Source: Acidobacteriota bacterium (GTDB lineage Bacteria; Acidobacteriota; UBA890; WLXD01). Taken from it: DNA of 64,000 bases. Both the position numbers and the translations under genes were made by a program. The stretch spans positions 1,664,001-1,728,000 of the forward strand of contig CBDFKD010000002.1 in assembly GCA_965248695.1 (NCBI GenBank). Direction: 5' to 3'. The notes beneath the pieces were generated by a model. It saw only the letters and a program-made list of their open reading frames with translations. It did no database searches and had not been told where the DNA came from. Below are positions 39,260 to 49,178 of the stretch, one piece after another (the first letter of the stretch is position 1; each line of letters starts with the position of its first letter).

Positions 39260-41881
39260 GTGATCTTTAGTCGCGTACACATCGATGGCTTCGGAGTCTG
39301 GCGCGACCTTGATCTGTCCGACTTGGGGCCGGGTCTGAACGTTTTCCTGGCACCCAACGAGGGCGGCAAGTCGACCTTGATGGCGTTCATTCGTGCGATG
39401 TTGTTCGGCTTCAAGCGACGCGGTGATCCGCATCGATACGAGCCCTTGCGAGGCGGTCAGCACGGGGGCTTCATCGGGTTCGAGACCGGCGGTGTCGGGT
39501 ATCGGGTATCGCGCCTCGACAACGGCACTTCACGCGGTGAAGCGACGGTAACCGGCGATGACGGGAGGAAGTTCGAACCCGGCAAGCTCGGATCGCTACT
39601 ACGCAATACCACCGAGACACTCTACGAGAACGTGTTCGCCTTCGGCCTCGAGGAGCTGCAGCGCCTCGATACGCTGCAGGCCGAAGACGTCGCCGGGCAC
39701 ATCTACAGTGCCGGGATGGGTTCCGGGGCGCTCAATCCGGTCGCTTTTCGCCAGCAGATTCAGGAGTCACTGGAGCGTTTCTACCGACCACGCGGCAAGA
39801 AACCGACCATCTCGCGTCTGCTGGGCGACATCGAGGCGACTCAGGACCGGATCGAGAACCGGCGCGAGAAGGCCGACGCCCATGCGGAGCTTGCCCGGCG
39901 GCGCAAGCGATTACACGAGCGACGCGGGCAGCACGACGCCACCCTGCGTCGGCGCCAGGACGAGTACGAAGACCTCAAACGCCTCGAAACAGCCTGGCCG
40001 CAGTACGAGAAGCTGCTGGAGTCCGAGGCCACCCTCGAGGCGGTGGGCGTCACCCCGCGGCGCCTACGCGCGGGGCACGCGGCCGCCGCAGAGGCCAGCG
40101 TCGCGGCCTCGGATGTGGCGGGGGGCAGTCAGGTCGCGGTCATCGCGGCAGCCCCCGGCGAGGTCGCCGACGACGAGACCGATGCGCTCGATCTGATGTC
40201 GGCCGCGCAGCGAACGTTGCTCACCCAGGCGAGCCGTATTCGCGGCCTGACGAGCAACGGCGAGCGACTGCGGGAGTTGCACGCCACGGTGGACGCCCGG
40301 CGGCGCGAGGCCCGACACTTACGCCACGCCCTGTTCAACGATCTCGAAGAAATGGGCGGCGAATGGTCCCTGGACCGCGTCAGGGCGGTACGGACGGACG
40401 TCACCATACGTGACGAGATTCGGCAATGGAGTGAGCGCTTCCAGGAAGCCGAGGCGCAGATCCGAACCGCGGACACACGCGCCACCGACGCCAACCTCGT
40501 CTACCAGGCCATGCTGGAAAACCGTGAGCAGATCGGCCGCGGCACACTGCTGACAACCTGGGGGCTAATCGCCGCTGCTGTCACAGCGACTGCGATTCTG
40601 GTGCCGGCCCCGGCACGCCTGACGAGCAGCCTGGGAATCCCGACCGTCGGACTGCTGCTGGGCGTTCTGATGACCTGGCTGTACCGGCGCGGCCTGACGC
40701 ACCGGCGTTCCGATCAAGGGATCGCTGCGCAGCGGGAAGCCGAGTTCTGGCAGCGGCACGACGACGCGATCGAATCCCTCGCAGCGGTGTCCGAGGAATG
40801 GAAGGACTGGTTGCGTGGCCAGGGAATGCCGACTGAGGTCAGCCCTCAGGGTGCACTGGACCTGCTGGATCGATTGCGGCAGAGCCAGGACAAGGATCGC
40901 CGCGCGCAGGCGGCGGAAACGACTGTCGACACCGCCATGGCCGAGCTGCAGCGAGCCTGCATGACGGTGCTCTCGGTGCTCGAGCAGCTCGACCGGCAGG
41001 CCATGGATCTCCGTTATGACACGCTCAAGATGGTGGATCCGTTGCTGAGCACGATCAGCGAGTTGCAGGCGGAAGTCGAGGCGGTAGAGGAGAATCGCGA
41101 GCGCATTCGACGGGTCCTCGACGAATACGCACGCGCCCGCGCCGGTCTCCGTGCGCTCGCTGGAGAGGAGGGAGCCGCGGCTTTCCAACGTCGTCTCGAA
41201 GCCACCAACCCGGAGAGTCTGGCGCGCGCGCTCGGCGAAGCCCAGGGCTTTCTGGCGTCGGCGCGGGCGGACCGTGACGCCATCAACGAGAGCCTCGGTG
41301 CACTCCGTCAGCAAAGCGACGACCTGGAGAATGACGTCGAGTTGGCGAACCTGCTGCAATCGCGCGAGACGCAGCGCACCGACCTCATCGAACAACTGCA
41401 GGAGTGGGCCGGACACGCCGTCTGCGCGGCGTTGTATGACGAGGCTAAACGCAAGTACGAGGCCGAGCGACAGCCGGAGGTCGTGCGCCTCGCGAGCCGT
41501 TATTTTCAGATGATGACCGACGGCCGGTACACGCGTGTCATCGCCCCACTGGGCGAGAACCGGCTGGAGGTCGAGCAGGACCGAGGTGACCGGCTACCGC
41601 CGAACGCCTTGTCGCGCGGGACCAGCGAGCAGCTGTACCTGGCCATGCGGCTGGCGCTGGCCAAGGTCTACGGCAACCAGGCTGTGCCCCTACCCCTCGT
41701 TGCTGACGACATCCTGGTCAACTTCGACGATGACCGGGCGCGGGCCACTGCCGCGCTGCTCGATCTGTACGCCAGTGAAGGGCACCAGATCCTGGCGTTC
41801 ACCTGCCATCGCCATCTGGTGAAGACGCTCGAGGGTAACGCCCCGGAAGCCCACATTCGCGCTCTGCCAGCCCACGCCTGA
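39260..41881 (+). CDS. SbcC/Rad50-like coiled-coil ATPase (YhaN-like) with two central TM helices
   Basis: APNEGGKST, LSRGTSEQLYLAMR, DDILVNFDD, FTCH. Confidence 0.9.
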   Translation: MIFSRVHIDGFGVWRDLDLSDLGPGLNVFLAPNEGGKSTLMAFIRAMLFGFKRRGDPHRYEPLRGGQHGGFIGFETGGVGYRVSRLDNGTSRGEATVTGDDGRKFEPGKLGSLLRNTTETLYENVFAFGLEELQRLDTLQAEDVAGHIYSAGMGSGALNPVAFRQQIQESLERFYRPRGKKPTISRLLGDIEATQDRIENRREKADAHAELARRRKRLHERRGQHDATLRRRQDEYEDLKRLETAWPQYEKLLESEATLEAVGVTPRRLRAGHAAAAEASVAASDVAGGSQVAVIAAAPGEVADDETDALDLMSAAQRTLLTQASRIRGLTSNGERLRELHATVDARRREARHLRHALFNDLEEMGGEWSLDRVRAVRTDVTIRDEIRQWSERFQEAEAQIRTADTRATDANLVYQAMLENREQIGRGTLLTTWGLIAAAVTATAILVPAPARLTSSLGIPTVGLLLGVLMTWLYRRGLTHRRSDQGIAAQREAEFWQRHDDAIESLAAVSEEWKDWLRGQGMPTEVSPQGALDLLDRLRQSQDKDRRAQAAETTVDTAMAELQRACMTVLSVLEQLDRQAMDLRYDTLKMVDPLLSTISELQAEVEAVEENRERIRRVLDEYARARAGLRALAGEEGAAAFQRRLEATNPESLARALGEAQGFLASARADRDAINESLGALRQQSDDLENDVELANLLQSRETQRTDLIEQLQEWAGHAVCAALYDEAKRKYEAERQPEVVRLASRYFQMMTDGRYTRVIAPLGENRLEVEQDRGDRLPPNALSRGTSEQLYLAMRLALAKVYGNQAVPLPLVADDILVNFDDDRARATAALLDLYASEGHQILAFTCHRHLVKTLEGNAPEAHIRALPAHA

Positions 41882-41899
41882 GGAACCGTCTCCCGACAG

Positions 41900-44164
41900 C
41901 TACCAGGTGTCGGCGCCGAACAACGGGTTGGCTTCCTGGTCGCCGAGCAAGTGACGGTCGAACCAGGCCTTGTAGCGCCGCATTCGATCGATGTCGTGCG
42001 ACGGGGGGCCACTCGGATCGGCGTTGTCCGGGTAAACGATCAATGCAGTTTCCGGCCCGCCATCGGCCATTCGCCGTCGCAGCCGGACGAACATGCCCTC
42101 GCTCAGCGACGCTGGCGCATGCCATCCGTTGTCATCGAGCATGAACAGGGTCGGCACCGCGATATCGCCGACTGAGAAGGCCGGCGCCATGCGTTCGCTC
42201 ACCGCACGAACGGCAGGCTCGTAGGGAAGCCCCTGCTCGCGCTCGCGCCAGCGCCGCAACTCGTCGGTACCGCAGCACGCGAAGCTGCCAGTCTCGGAAA
42301 CGCCGGAGATCGCGGCGGCGAAACGCTCGCTTCCGCTGATCAGATGGTTGGTCAGGATGCCGCCGTAGGATGAGCCGCCGATGCCGATCCGCTCGGGGTC
42401 GATCACACCCCGTTGTTGCAGGTGATCGACTCCCGCTAGCACGTCGTCGGAGTCCGGTCCTCCCCATTCGGCCCACACGCTCTGGGCGAATGCTTGACCG
42501 TATCCGGACGAGCCGCGCGGGTTCAAGAAAAGGAGCGCGTACCCCTGCGCCACGAGCCACTGGCGCTCCCAGGAGAACGCCCAAGTGAGCTGATCGGCCG
42601 GCGCACCGGGGAGGCGAACAACGAGCGGGTGACGAACGCCGTCAGCAGCATCCAGTGGCCGCATGAGCCAGCCCTCGATGACCGCGTCTTCGGCGCTCGA
42701 AAAGCGCAGCGGCTCGGGCTCGGCAAGCCGCATCGTTCGACGCCACCGCTGATTGACTTCCGTCAGGCGCACAAGATCGAACGTCGGCGGCAAGGCGGTC
42801 GGTTGCATGTGGGCATTCGGATCCCGCAGCGGAACGGCGGTCCGCTGAGCGTCCGTGGCGACCGCATAGATCTCCGGCGGCTCCGTTCCCCAGGACAGCT
42901 CGGCCAGTACCTGAGATCCGTCGGCGGTGAGCGCAAACGCGCCCACCACGCGCGGCCCGGCAATGATCGCCCCGGCAGTGCCCGCCGGAACAGCTGGTGC
43001 GCGCCGGCGGCGTCCGATACCGAGAAAGCCTCGACGACGCTCGCCGACACGTGTCAGACCGGTCGACACCTGCAGTAGCGGCACGGTCCCACGATCCTGG
43101 ATCGTCACGTATATCGTCGCCCGATCGGGGGACCAGACGGGCCCCGAGGCGAGCGATCGGTCGATCTCGGACGTCAACTCCTGCACCTCCCCGATCTGCA
43201 GCTCGGCAGGCGGCGGATCGTCGTCCTCGACCTGCGGCGGGTACAGAGAGATCATGCGCAGCCGGCTGCTGGCGTAGACCGGTGGATCGGCGGGAATAAA
43301 CCGATACGCCAGAAAGCGTGCGTCCGGCGACCAAGCAGGAGCGGCTTCCACTCCGCGGCTGCTGGTGAGCTGAACCAAGTCGCCACCATCCGGGCTGACC
43401 AACCAGATCTCTGAGCCGGCGGCGGACCGGTGTTCGCGGGCATGAACGTCCCCGCCGTCCGGGCCCTCCCCGGCGCGGTTCGAGATGAACGCGATCCAAC
43501 GGCCGTCCGGTGACCAGGCGGGCGACGCATCGTCCCAGGCGCCATCGGTAAGTCGCTGGGGTGGCGTCGGCGTCGACAACGGGTCCGGAACCTGGACCAC
43601 GAAGAGGTGGTATTGACGAGCGCCCAGGTATCCTCCGCCGTCGGCTCTCGATTGCAGCCTGGTTACGACCTTCGGCAGCCCACGCTCGTCTGCCACCGCC
43701 GGACCGCGACTCACCAGGACGATCCGGTCGCCGGTCGGACTCCAGGCGAGATCGGTGACCCCTCCCGGGAGGGTAGTTAGTTGCCAGGGCTCGCCACCGG
43801 TCGACGGCAGCAACCAGATCTGTGCATCACGCAAGTAGGCCAGCCAGGCGCCATCCGGCGACAAACGCGGATGAGACCCCCGACCGACCAGGCGACGCAT
43901 ACCGCTCCCGCTGGGACTCATCTCCCACAACGACGTGACCCGAGCGTCGGAGGCACGGTCGATGCCGGTGCGCGAGAACACGACGCGGCTGCCGTCGAGG
44001 CTGATGTCGATGTCCCCGGTACGCGCCAGATCGTAGTAGTCGGCGAGCTCGAGCAGCCGTAGTGCGGCGGGTTGCTGCTGGGTCGCGAAACCGAACGTCT
44101 CGACCGCCGGCGGCATCACCAGCAGGAGCAACAAGGTCAGACGAGACGCGCGCCGGCCGCACAT
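41900..44164 (-). CDS. S9 (prolyl oligopeptidase/acylaminoacyl peptidase-like) protein with PD40 repeats; triad appears degenerate
   Basis: WSPDG repeats, NPRGSSGYGQAF, GGSSYGG; Asp and His motifs altered. Confidence 0.85.
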   Translation of the reverse strand: MCGRRASRLTLLLLLVMPPAVETFGFATQQQPAALRLLELADYYDLARTGDIDISLDGSRVVFSRTGIDRASDARVTSLWEMSPSGSGMRRLVGRGSHPRLSPDGAWLAYLRDAQIWLLPSTGGEPWQLTTLPGGVTDLAWSPTGDRIVLVSRGPAVADERGLPKVVTRLQSRADGGGYLGARQYHLFVVQVPDPLSTPTPPQRLTDGAWDDASPAWSPDGRWIAFISNRAGEGPDGGDVHAREHRSAAGSEIWLVSPDGGDLVQLTSSRGVEAAPAWSPDARFLAYRFIPADPPVYASSRLRMISLYPPQVEDDDPPPAELQIGEVQELTSEIDRSLASGPVWSPDRATIYVTIQDRGTVPLLQVSTGLTRVGERRRGFLGIGRRRRAPAVPAGTAGAIIAGPRVVGAFALTADGSQVLAELSWGTEPPEIYAVATDAQRTAVPLRDPNAHMQPTALPPTFDLVRLTEVNQRWRRTMRLAEPEPLRFSSAEDAVIEGWLMRPLDAADGVRHPLVVRLPGAPADQLTWAFSWERQWLVAQGYALLFLNPRGSSGYGQAFAQSVWAEWGGPDSDDVLAGVDHLQQRGVIDPERIGIGGSSYGGILTNHLISGSERFAAAISGVSETGSFACCGTDELRRWREREQGLPYEPAVRAVSERMAPAFSVGDIAVPTLFMLDDNGWHAPASLSEGMFVRLRRRMADGGPETALIVYPDNADPSGPPSHDIDRMRRYKAWFDRHLLGDQEANPLFGADTW

Positions 44165-44241
44165 GAGGGGCCTCCATCAGATTGTTCGATTCGGGGAGGC
44201 TGAGTTTGCCGTGCTCGTAGCGGCTCGTCCATCCTATCGGT

Positions 44242-44955
44242 ATGCCCTTCGAACTCCAGCGCGTCGACGCTGTTTTCTTCGATCTCGACGATACCCTGGC
44301 CGATACGTTCGGCACCCTGGTCGGCCCGGCCCTATATCGGGCGGCCGAGCAGATGGTCGCCGGCGGACTCGACACCGACGCCGAAACAGCAGCAGAGTTC
44401 ATGCACCGCTTGGCGGATCGGGGCGAGGGGGCCGACTACTTCGCCAGCGCGCTGGACCGGTTCGGCTCGACGTCCGGGAACGAGTCCGCGATCGCGGCGA
44501 TCGGCCAGCGAACATACTTCACGACCGATGTAGCGGCGATACAGCTGTTGCCCGGCGGACGGCGGCTACTGGAAGCTCTCACGACGCGGCACACGTTGTT
44601 CCTGGTTACCGCGGGCGACCCACGGACGCAGCGACAAAAACTCGAACGACTGGCGATCGCCGACCTGTTCCGCGACATGCGGCTGGTTTCAACCATCGCT
44701 GGCGAACGCAAGCGTGATGCGTTTGCAGAACTGGTTGCGCACCACGCGCTCGCACCGCAGCATTGCATCTGCGTCGGCGACCGTCTGGTCGGCGAGATCC
44801 GCGACGGCAACGAGCTCGGGATGACCACGATCTGGGTGCGGCGTGGCGAGTTTCGCCACCTGCAGCCGCTGACAGACAACGACCGGCCGACTCACACCGT
44901 CGCGAACCTCGACGAGCTTGCGACCCTACTCGGCGTGGAACAGGCGATCATCTGA
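44242..44955 (+). CDS. HAD-superfamily hydrolase
   Basis: FFDLDDTL, LVT, VGDRLVGEI...GMTTIWV. Confidence 0.9.
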   Translation: MPFELQRVDAVFFDLDDTLADTFGTLVGPALYRAAEQMVAGGLDTDAETAAEFMHRLADRGEGADYFASALDRFGSTSGNESAIAAIGQRTYFTTDVAAIQLLPGGRRLLEALTTRHTLFLVTAGDPRTQRQKLERLAIADLFRDMRLVSTIAGERKRDAFAELVAHHALAPQHCICVGDRLVGEIRDGNELGMTTIWVRRGEFRHLQPLTDNDRPTHTVANLDELATLLGVEQAII

Positions 44956-45326
44956 TGTCCGAGATGCTGGAGCCAGTCAGCAGACGAACGTACGCGCGCA
45001 TCGAACAGCTCGTGCGAGAGGACGTGGTGTGCGGTCAGACGATCCGCTTCTGCCCCTGCCGGTTGCTACCGGAGACAGTGCTGAATCTCAAGGGAGTGAT
45101 CGTCGAGATCCACCGGCTCTGGATCGAGAGCCTGGGTCGGGCCGCCTGGGACGAGCTGCAGTCGCACCCGGACGGTCGTCGGTTCTTCGGCGGGCAGGTA
45201 CAGCTCGTCGATGTCCAGGAGGGCCGCCCGCAGATGGTGGCCGTCTGGCTGCGACTGCCCGCCGACTACCCGCGCCGCTTCAAAGTGCAGCTGGTCGACA
45301 CGATAGAGCCCTGGGAGCTTCCCTAG
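44955..45326 (+). CDS. Hypothetical protein (123 aa)
   Basis: TGATG coupling with the HAD gene; MSEMLEPVSRRTYARIEQLVREDVVCGQTIRFCPC...; protein-like composition. Confidence 0.65.
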   Translation: MSEMLEPVSRRTYARIEQLVREDVVCGQTIRFCPCRLLPETVLNLKGVIVEIHRLWIESLGRAAWDELQSHPDGRRFFGGQVQLVDVQEGRPQMVAVWLRLPADYPRRFKVQLVDTIEPWELP

Positions 45327-45473
45327 CAGGCCGTAGTGAAAGTGTGGCGGGCCTGGCGACAGGGTCTTGCGAGGTGGAGGCAAGGAGAGAGGAGGAGGCG
45401 ATGGCTACCCCATCGTTGACGACGAACGACGCAGTATACGCGCGCAACCCCCTGTCGCCCAAAGGGTTGCGGC
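45323..45473 (+). repeat. 151-bp dispersed repeat, copy 2
   Basis: About 96% identical to 19684-19834; also starts at the CTAG containing a stop codon. Confidence 0.9.
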
Positions 45474-45603
45474 GATGTTTCGTTAGCCGCCGCCGCCGAG
45501 ACGGGATAGGCTCAACGGCGAGGAGGCGTACGCCAATGGTGTACCAGCACAGGTCGGTCCGGACCGTCGCAGGGCTACCGAGCCCGCCGCCGGAGCCCTG
45601 CAC

Positions 45604-47103
45604 GTGAATCGGTCCGTCGGGCAAACACGCCGAACCAAGATCGTCTGCACGATCGGTCCGGCAACGCAGGACCCAGACCAGCTGGCGGCGCTGGTCGACG
45701 CCGGCATGGATGTGGCCCGGCTGAACTTGTCGCACGGCGAGCCGGAATGGCATCGTCGGACGATCGAGCTGGTCCGACGCATCTCGGCGGAGCGCAAGCG
45801 TCCCGTCGGCGTCATGCTGGATGTTCCCGGTCCCAAGCTCCGGATCGGAAAGATTCCCAACGGACCCGTCTTTCTGGACAGCGGCTCGGTGATACGCCTG
45901 GTGCCTGGCGACGCACCCGGCGACGCCGGCGAGATCTCGGTGAACTACGCGCCGCTGGCAGACGAGGTCGAGCCGGCCGATCGGATCTTCGTCGGCGACG
46001 GAGATGTCGAGCTCCAGGTGGAGTCGATCGAACGACACGCGGTCAGCTGCCGTGTGATCTCCGGCGGACCGGTGTCCAGCCACAAGGGCATGAACTTCCC
46101 TACCAGAACCCTGTCGATACCCACCATCACACCGGCGGACCGAGCCGCGATTCAGCTCGGTGTGGAGGCCGGGGTCGATTTCGTGGCGCTTTCGTTCGTC
46201 CGCACGGCGGAGGATATCGACCCGGCGCGAGGCGTCATTCTCGAGTGCGGCGGCAACCTGCCGGTGATCGCCAAGATCGAGAAGCATGAGGCCATGCAGC
46301 ACCTGGAGGAGATCATCGAGGGGTCCGACGGTCTGCTGGTGGCGCGCGGCGATCTGGCGCTGGAGATACCGCTCGAGGAGGTACCCCGGGCCCAGAAGCG
46401 CATCATTCGCAGCGCCAATGCGGCCGGGAAGCCGGTGATCACGGCAACGCAGATGCTGCGATCGATGGTCACCGCCAGCAGGCCCACCCGCGCCGAAGCC
46501 ACCGATGTGGCGAACGCGCTCTATGACGGGACCGACGCCGTGATGCTGTCGGAGGAGACCGCGGTGGGCTCCAATCCGGTAGGTGCGGTGAACATCATGC
46601 GCCGCATCTGCATGGCAACAGAGCGCGACATGGAGCGGCACGCGCTCGACAGGAGTCTGCCGACAGAGCGTCGCGACTCGGTCCCCGATGTGGTTGCGGC
46701 GGCTGCGGGGCTGGTGGCTCGGCTCCTCGACGTGGCTGCGATCCTCGTACCAACGAGGACCGGCGGCACAGCGATCAAGATGTCCGAATTCCGGCCGCGA
46801 CAGCCGATCCTCGCCATCAGCACGCATCCGGCAACGGTTGGCAGGCTGACGCTCACATGGGGTGTGATCCCGCTGCTGGGCAACGAAGTACCGACCCATG
46901 AGGCCATGCTCGCCGAGGCAGAAGCGACGGCTCTCGATGAAGGCCTGTTGCAGGAGGGCGACCTGGTAGTCATCACCGCCGGGTTCCCCGTCGGCGGCCC
47001 GGGATCCACCAACACCGTCACGGTAAAGGCCATCGGCGAGGAACTAGCAGTGGGCGGATGGGATGATCAGCCGGCACTCTTCGCGGACCCCTGCGATGCC
47101 TGA
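45604..47103 (+). CDS. pyk: Pyruvate kinase
   Basis: RRTKIVCTIGPA, ARLNLSHG, IAKIEK, VARGDL, ATQML, DAVMLSEET. Confidence 0.97.
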   Translation: MNRSVGQTRRTKIVCTIGPATQDPDQLAALVDAGMDVARLNLSHGEPEWHRRTIELVRRISAERKRPVGVMLDVPGPKLRIGKIPNGPVFLDSGSVIRLVPGDAPGDAGEISVNYAPLADEVEPADRIFVGDGDVELQVESIERHAVSCRVISGGPVSSHKGMNFPTRTLSIPTITPADRAAIQLGVEAGVDFVALSFVRTAEDIDPARGVILECGGNLPVIAKIEKHEAMQHLEEIIEGSDGLLVARGDLALEIPLEEVPRAQKRIIRSANAAGKPVITATQMLRSMVTASRPTRAEATDVANALYDGTDAVMLSEETAVGSNPVGAVNIMRRICMATERDMERHALDRSLPTERRDSVPDVVAAAAGLVARLLDVAAILVPTRTGGTAIKMSEFRPRQPILAISTHPATVGRLTLTWGVIPLLGNEVPTHEAMLAEAEATALDEGLLQEGDLVVITAGFPVGGPGSTNTVTVKAIGEELAVGGWDDQPALFADPCDA

Positions 47104-47117
47104 GCAAGGACGCGACG

Positions 47118-47777
47118 ATGTCGACTGAGTCGATCGAGGACTACATCAAGGCGATTTTTCAGCTCGGCAGCCCTGATGGTCCGGTGCAGACGTCAGCGAT
47201 CGCCGAGCGGCTCGAGGTGCGTCCGGCCTCGGTGAGCAACATGTTGCGACGTCTGTCAAAGCTCGAACTGGTCGAGCACGAGCCCTATCGTGGCGTGATC
47301 CTGACCGACGACGGGGAGCGTCTCGCACGGCGAATGATCCGGCGGCATCGGCTGATCGAGCGGTTCCTGAGCGAGTATTTGGAGTACCCGTGGGACGAGG
47401 TGCACGCCGAGGCGGAACGTCTCGAGCACGCCGTGAGTCAGCGGTTCGTTGCCGCCCTCGACCGCCTGCTTCAGAATCCGGGCACGGACCCTCATGGAGA
47501 TCCGATCCCGGCAAGCGACGGCTCGATGGCGGAGTCCGAATACCCGCCACTGTCGGAGCTGAAAGTTGGTGAGGAGGCGACCGTGCGGCGCGTGACCGAT
47601 ACCGACGCGGACCTCCTGCGCTACCTCGGCGAGCTCGGGATCCGGCCAGATGTCGACCTGCAGCTGGTCGAGCGCGGCGCCCGAGGAGACACCATCACCG
47701 TGCGGATTGGCGACCGACTCTGCCACCTGGGCCAAGCGGCCACAGGCGGCGTATTCGTGGAACGGGTCTCGGGATAG
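47118..47777 (+). CDS. DtxR/MntR-family metal-dependent regulator with FeoA-like domain
   Basis: EDYIKAIF, RRHRLIERFL, VHAEAERLEH, DPHGDPIP. Confidence 0.95.
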   Translation: MSTESIEDYIKAIFQLGSPDGPVQTSAIAERLEVRPASVSNMLRRLSKLELVEHEPYRGVILTDDGERLARRMIRRHRLIERFLSEYLEYPWDEVHAEAERLEHAVSQRFVAALDRLLQNPGTDPHGDPIPASDGSMAESEYPPLSELKVGEEATVRRVTDTDADLLRYLGELGIRPDVDLQLVERGARGDTITVRIGDRLCHLGQAATGGVFVERVSG

Positions 47778-47833
47778 ACTCTCCGCAACGAGGTTCTGTT
47801 CGAGCACCCCAACGAGCAACAAGGTCTTCTCAG

Positions 47834-48229
47834 ATGCCCGTCTTGCGACAGATCAGCGTATTCCTGGAGAACGTTCCCGGCCGTCTGGCAACCCTGTGCA
47901 ATACCCTGGAGTCGAACGGCATCGACCTGCGGGCAATGACGACCTCGGAAGGGAGCGACTACGGCGTCGTGCGGATGCTGGTAGACGATGTCGATGCTGC
48001 CGAGGAGGTCCTACGGGCCGCAGACCTACCGTTCTCAACCGTTGAAGTGCTGGCGCTGGAGGTGTCCGACGAGCCCGGCGCGCTGGGAAAAGTCGCGGTA
48101 CGGCTAGCGGAGACCGGCATCAACGTGGAGTACGCATACGCCACCGCCGTGTCCGGAATGTCTCGCGCACTCTGCGTGTTCAAGGTGGCGGATCCACAGG
48201 GCGCCGCGGCGGCACTCGACCAGGACTAG
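47834..48229 (+). CDS. Tandem ACT-domain protein
   Basis: QISVFLENVPGRL, DEPGALG, GINVEYAYA. Confidence 0.9.
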   Translation: MPVLRQISVFLENVPGRLATLCNTLESNGIDLRAMTTSEGSDYGVVRMLVDDVDAAEEVLRAADLPFSTVEVLALEVSDEPGALGKVAVRLAETGINVEYAYATAVSGMSRALCVFKVADPQGAAAALDQD

Positions 48230-48253
48230 CGTCCTGTAGCAGAGGTTTCAGAC

Positions 48254-48679
48254 TTGGTACCGCACACCGTGGTTGTCGACTTCGCGGTGGCGCTGCTCGC
48301 CACGTCGGTTGTGTGCGACTTGCTGGCGAGCACCGTAGACGAGAAGGAGCTGCGCATCGTCGCCTCCTGGACGCTGATCTTCGGAGCGGTGGCGGCAGTG
48401 TTCGCAGTGCTCTCGGGCTACGCGGCGCACAGCGCCGCTTCGCCCACGGGCGCCGCCGATGCCGCCGTGATCCGCCACCGGCTGGCGGGCTGGATCGTGC
48501 TTTCGACCTTCGTCCCGCTCGCCGGCTGGCGACTCATGTCCCGAGGACAGCTTCCCGTTCGTGGCGCCAGCTTGTATTGGCTGCTGGCTCTGATCGGCGC
48601 CGGCGCACTGGCGATCACCGCCTACCTGGGCGGCAACGCGGTGTTCAGTCACGGCGTCGGAGTGACCCTGGCTAGCTAA
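48254..48679 (+). CDS. DUF2231-like membrane protein
   Basis: 4 TM helices, H...F..ALL, AVLSG, H, TAYLGGNAVFSHGVGV; start uncertain (TTG). Confidence 0.7.
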   Translation: MVPHTVVVDFAVALLATSVVCDLLASTVDEKELRIVASWTLIFGAVAAVFAVLSGYAAHSAASPTGAADAAVIRHRLAGWIVLSTFVPLAGWRLMSRGQLPVRGASLYWLLALIGAGALAITAYLGGNAVFSHGVGVTLAS

Positions 48680-48797
48680 CTCGCACCCGACAGTGCCCCC
48701 CGACTTCCGTGCGCCGGCCAACGCTGAGCGGTCCAAAGGGGTGCGGTGATGGGCACGAGGTTTCTCAGGTTGCTACAATCTCGTGCGGAGGAAGGCG

Positions 48798-49178
48798 ATG
48801 CGCTTCACGGAATCTGAGATTGCGATGGCCGCCCGTCTGCGTGGTGCCGGCCTTCAATGGGATCCACAGCCGGGTCATTACATCTTCGACATTGACGGCG
48901 TCATGAAAGCTGGATCGCCATTCCAGGCCAGCGTGTACCTGATCACCAGCCCGAATCAGACGGCCGCTGAGGCCGGCGGTGAAGAGGCGCTGGCGACCGG
49001 GTTTTCGTGGCTCCCGACGTGGGAGGACGCGCGCGCCTGGCTCGTCGACCGTGGAGTCACCCCTGCACAGCTGGCCGACGCGCTTAGAGGCGGGTTGGAG
49101 GATGGTCTCAGCGACCGAGAGTCGCTGTATACGCTGATCATCGAGCACCTCGAGAAGGACGCGCAGGGAAGCCCATAA
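48798..49178 (+). CDS. Hypothetical protein
   Basis: GGAGG SD; MRFTESEIAMAARLRGAGLQWDPQPGHY...WLPTWEDARAWL; TAATG coupling to the next gene. Confidence 0.75.
   Translation: MRFTESEIAMAARLRGAGLQWDPQPGHYIFDIDGVMKAGSPFQASVYLITSPNQTAAEAGGEEALATGFSWLPTWEDARAWLVDRGVTPAQLADALRGGLEDGLSDRESLYTLIIEHLEKDAQGSP

Noticed and set aside
45280-46899. Long antisense ORFs (539 aa here; also 12026-13438, 28547-29914, 16842-18023)
   Set aside because: Shadow frames of well-supported genes, expected in high-GC DNA.
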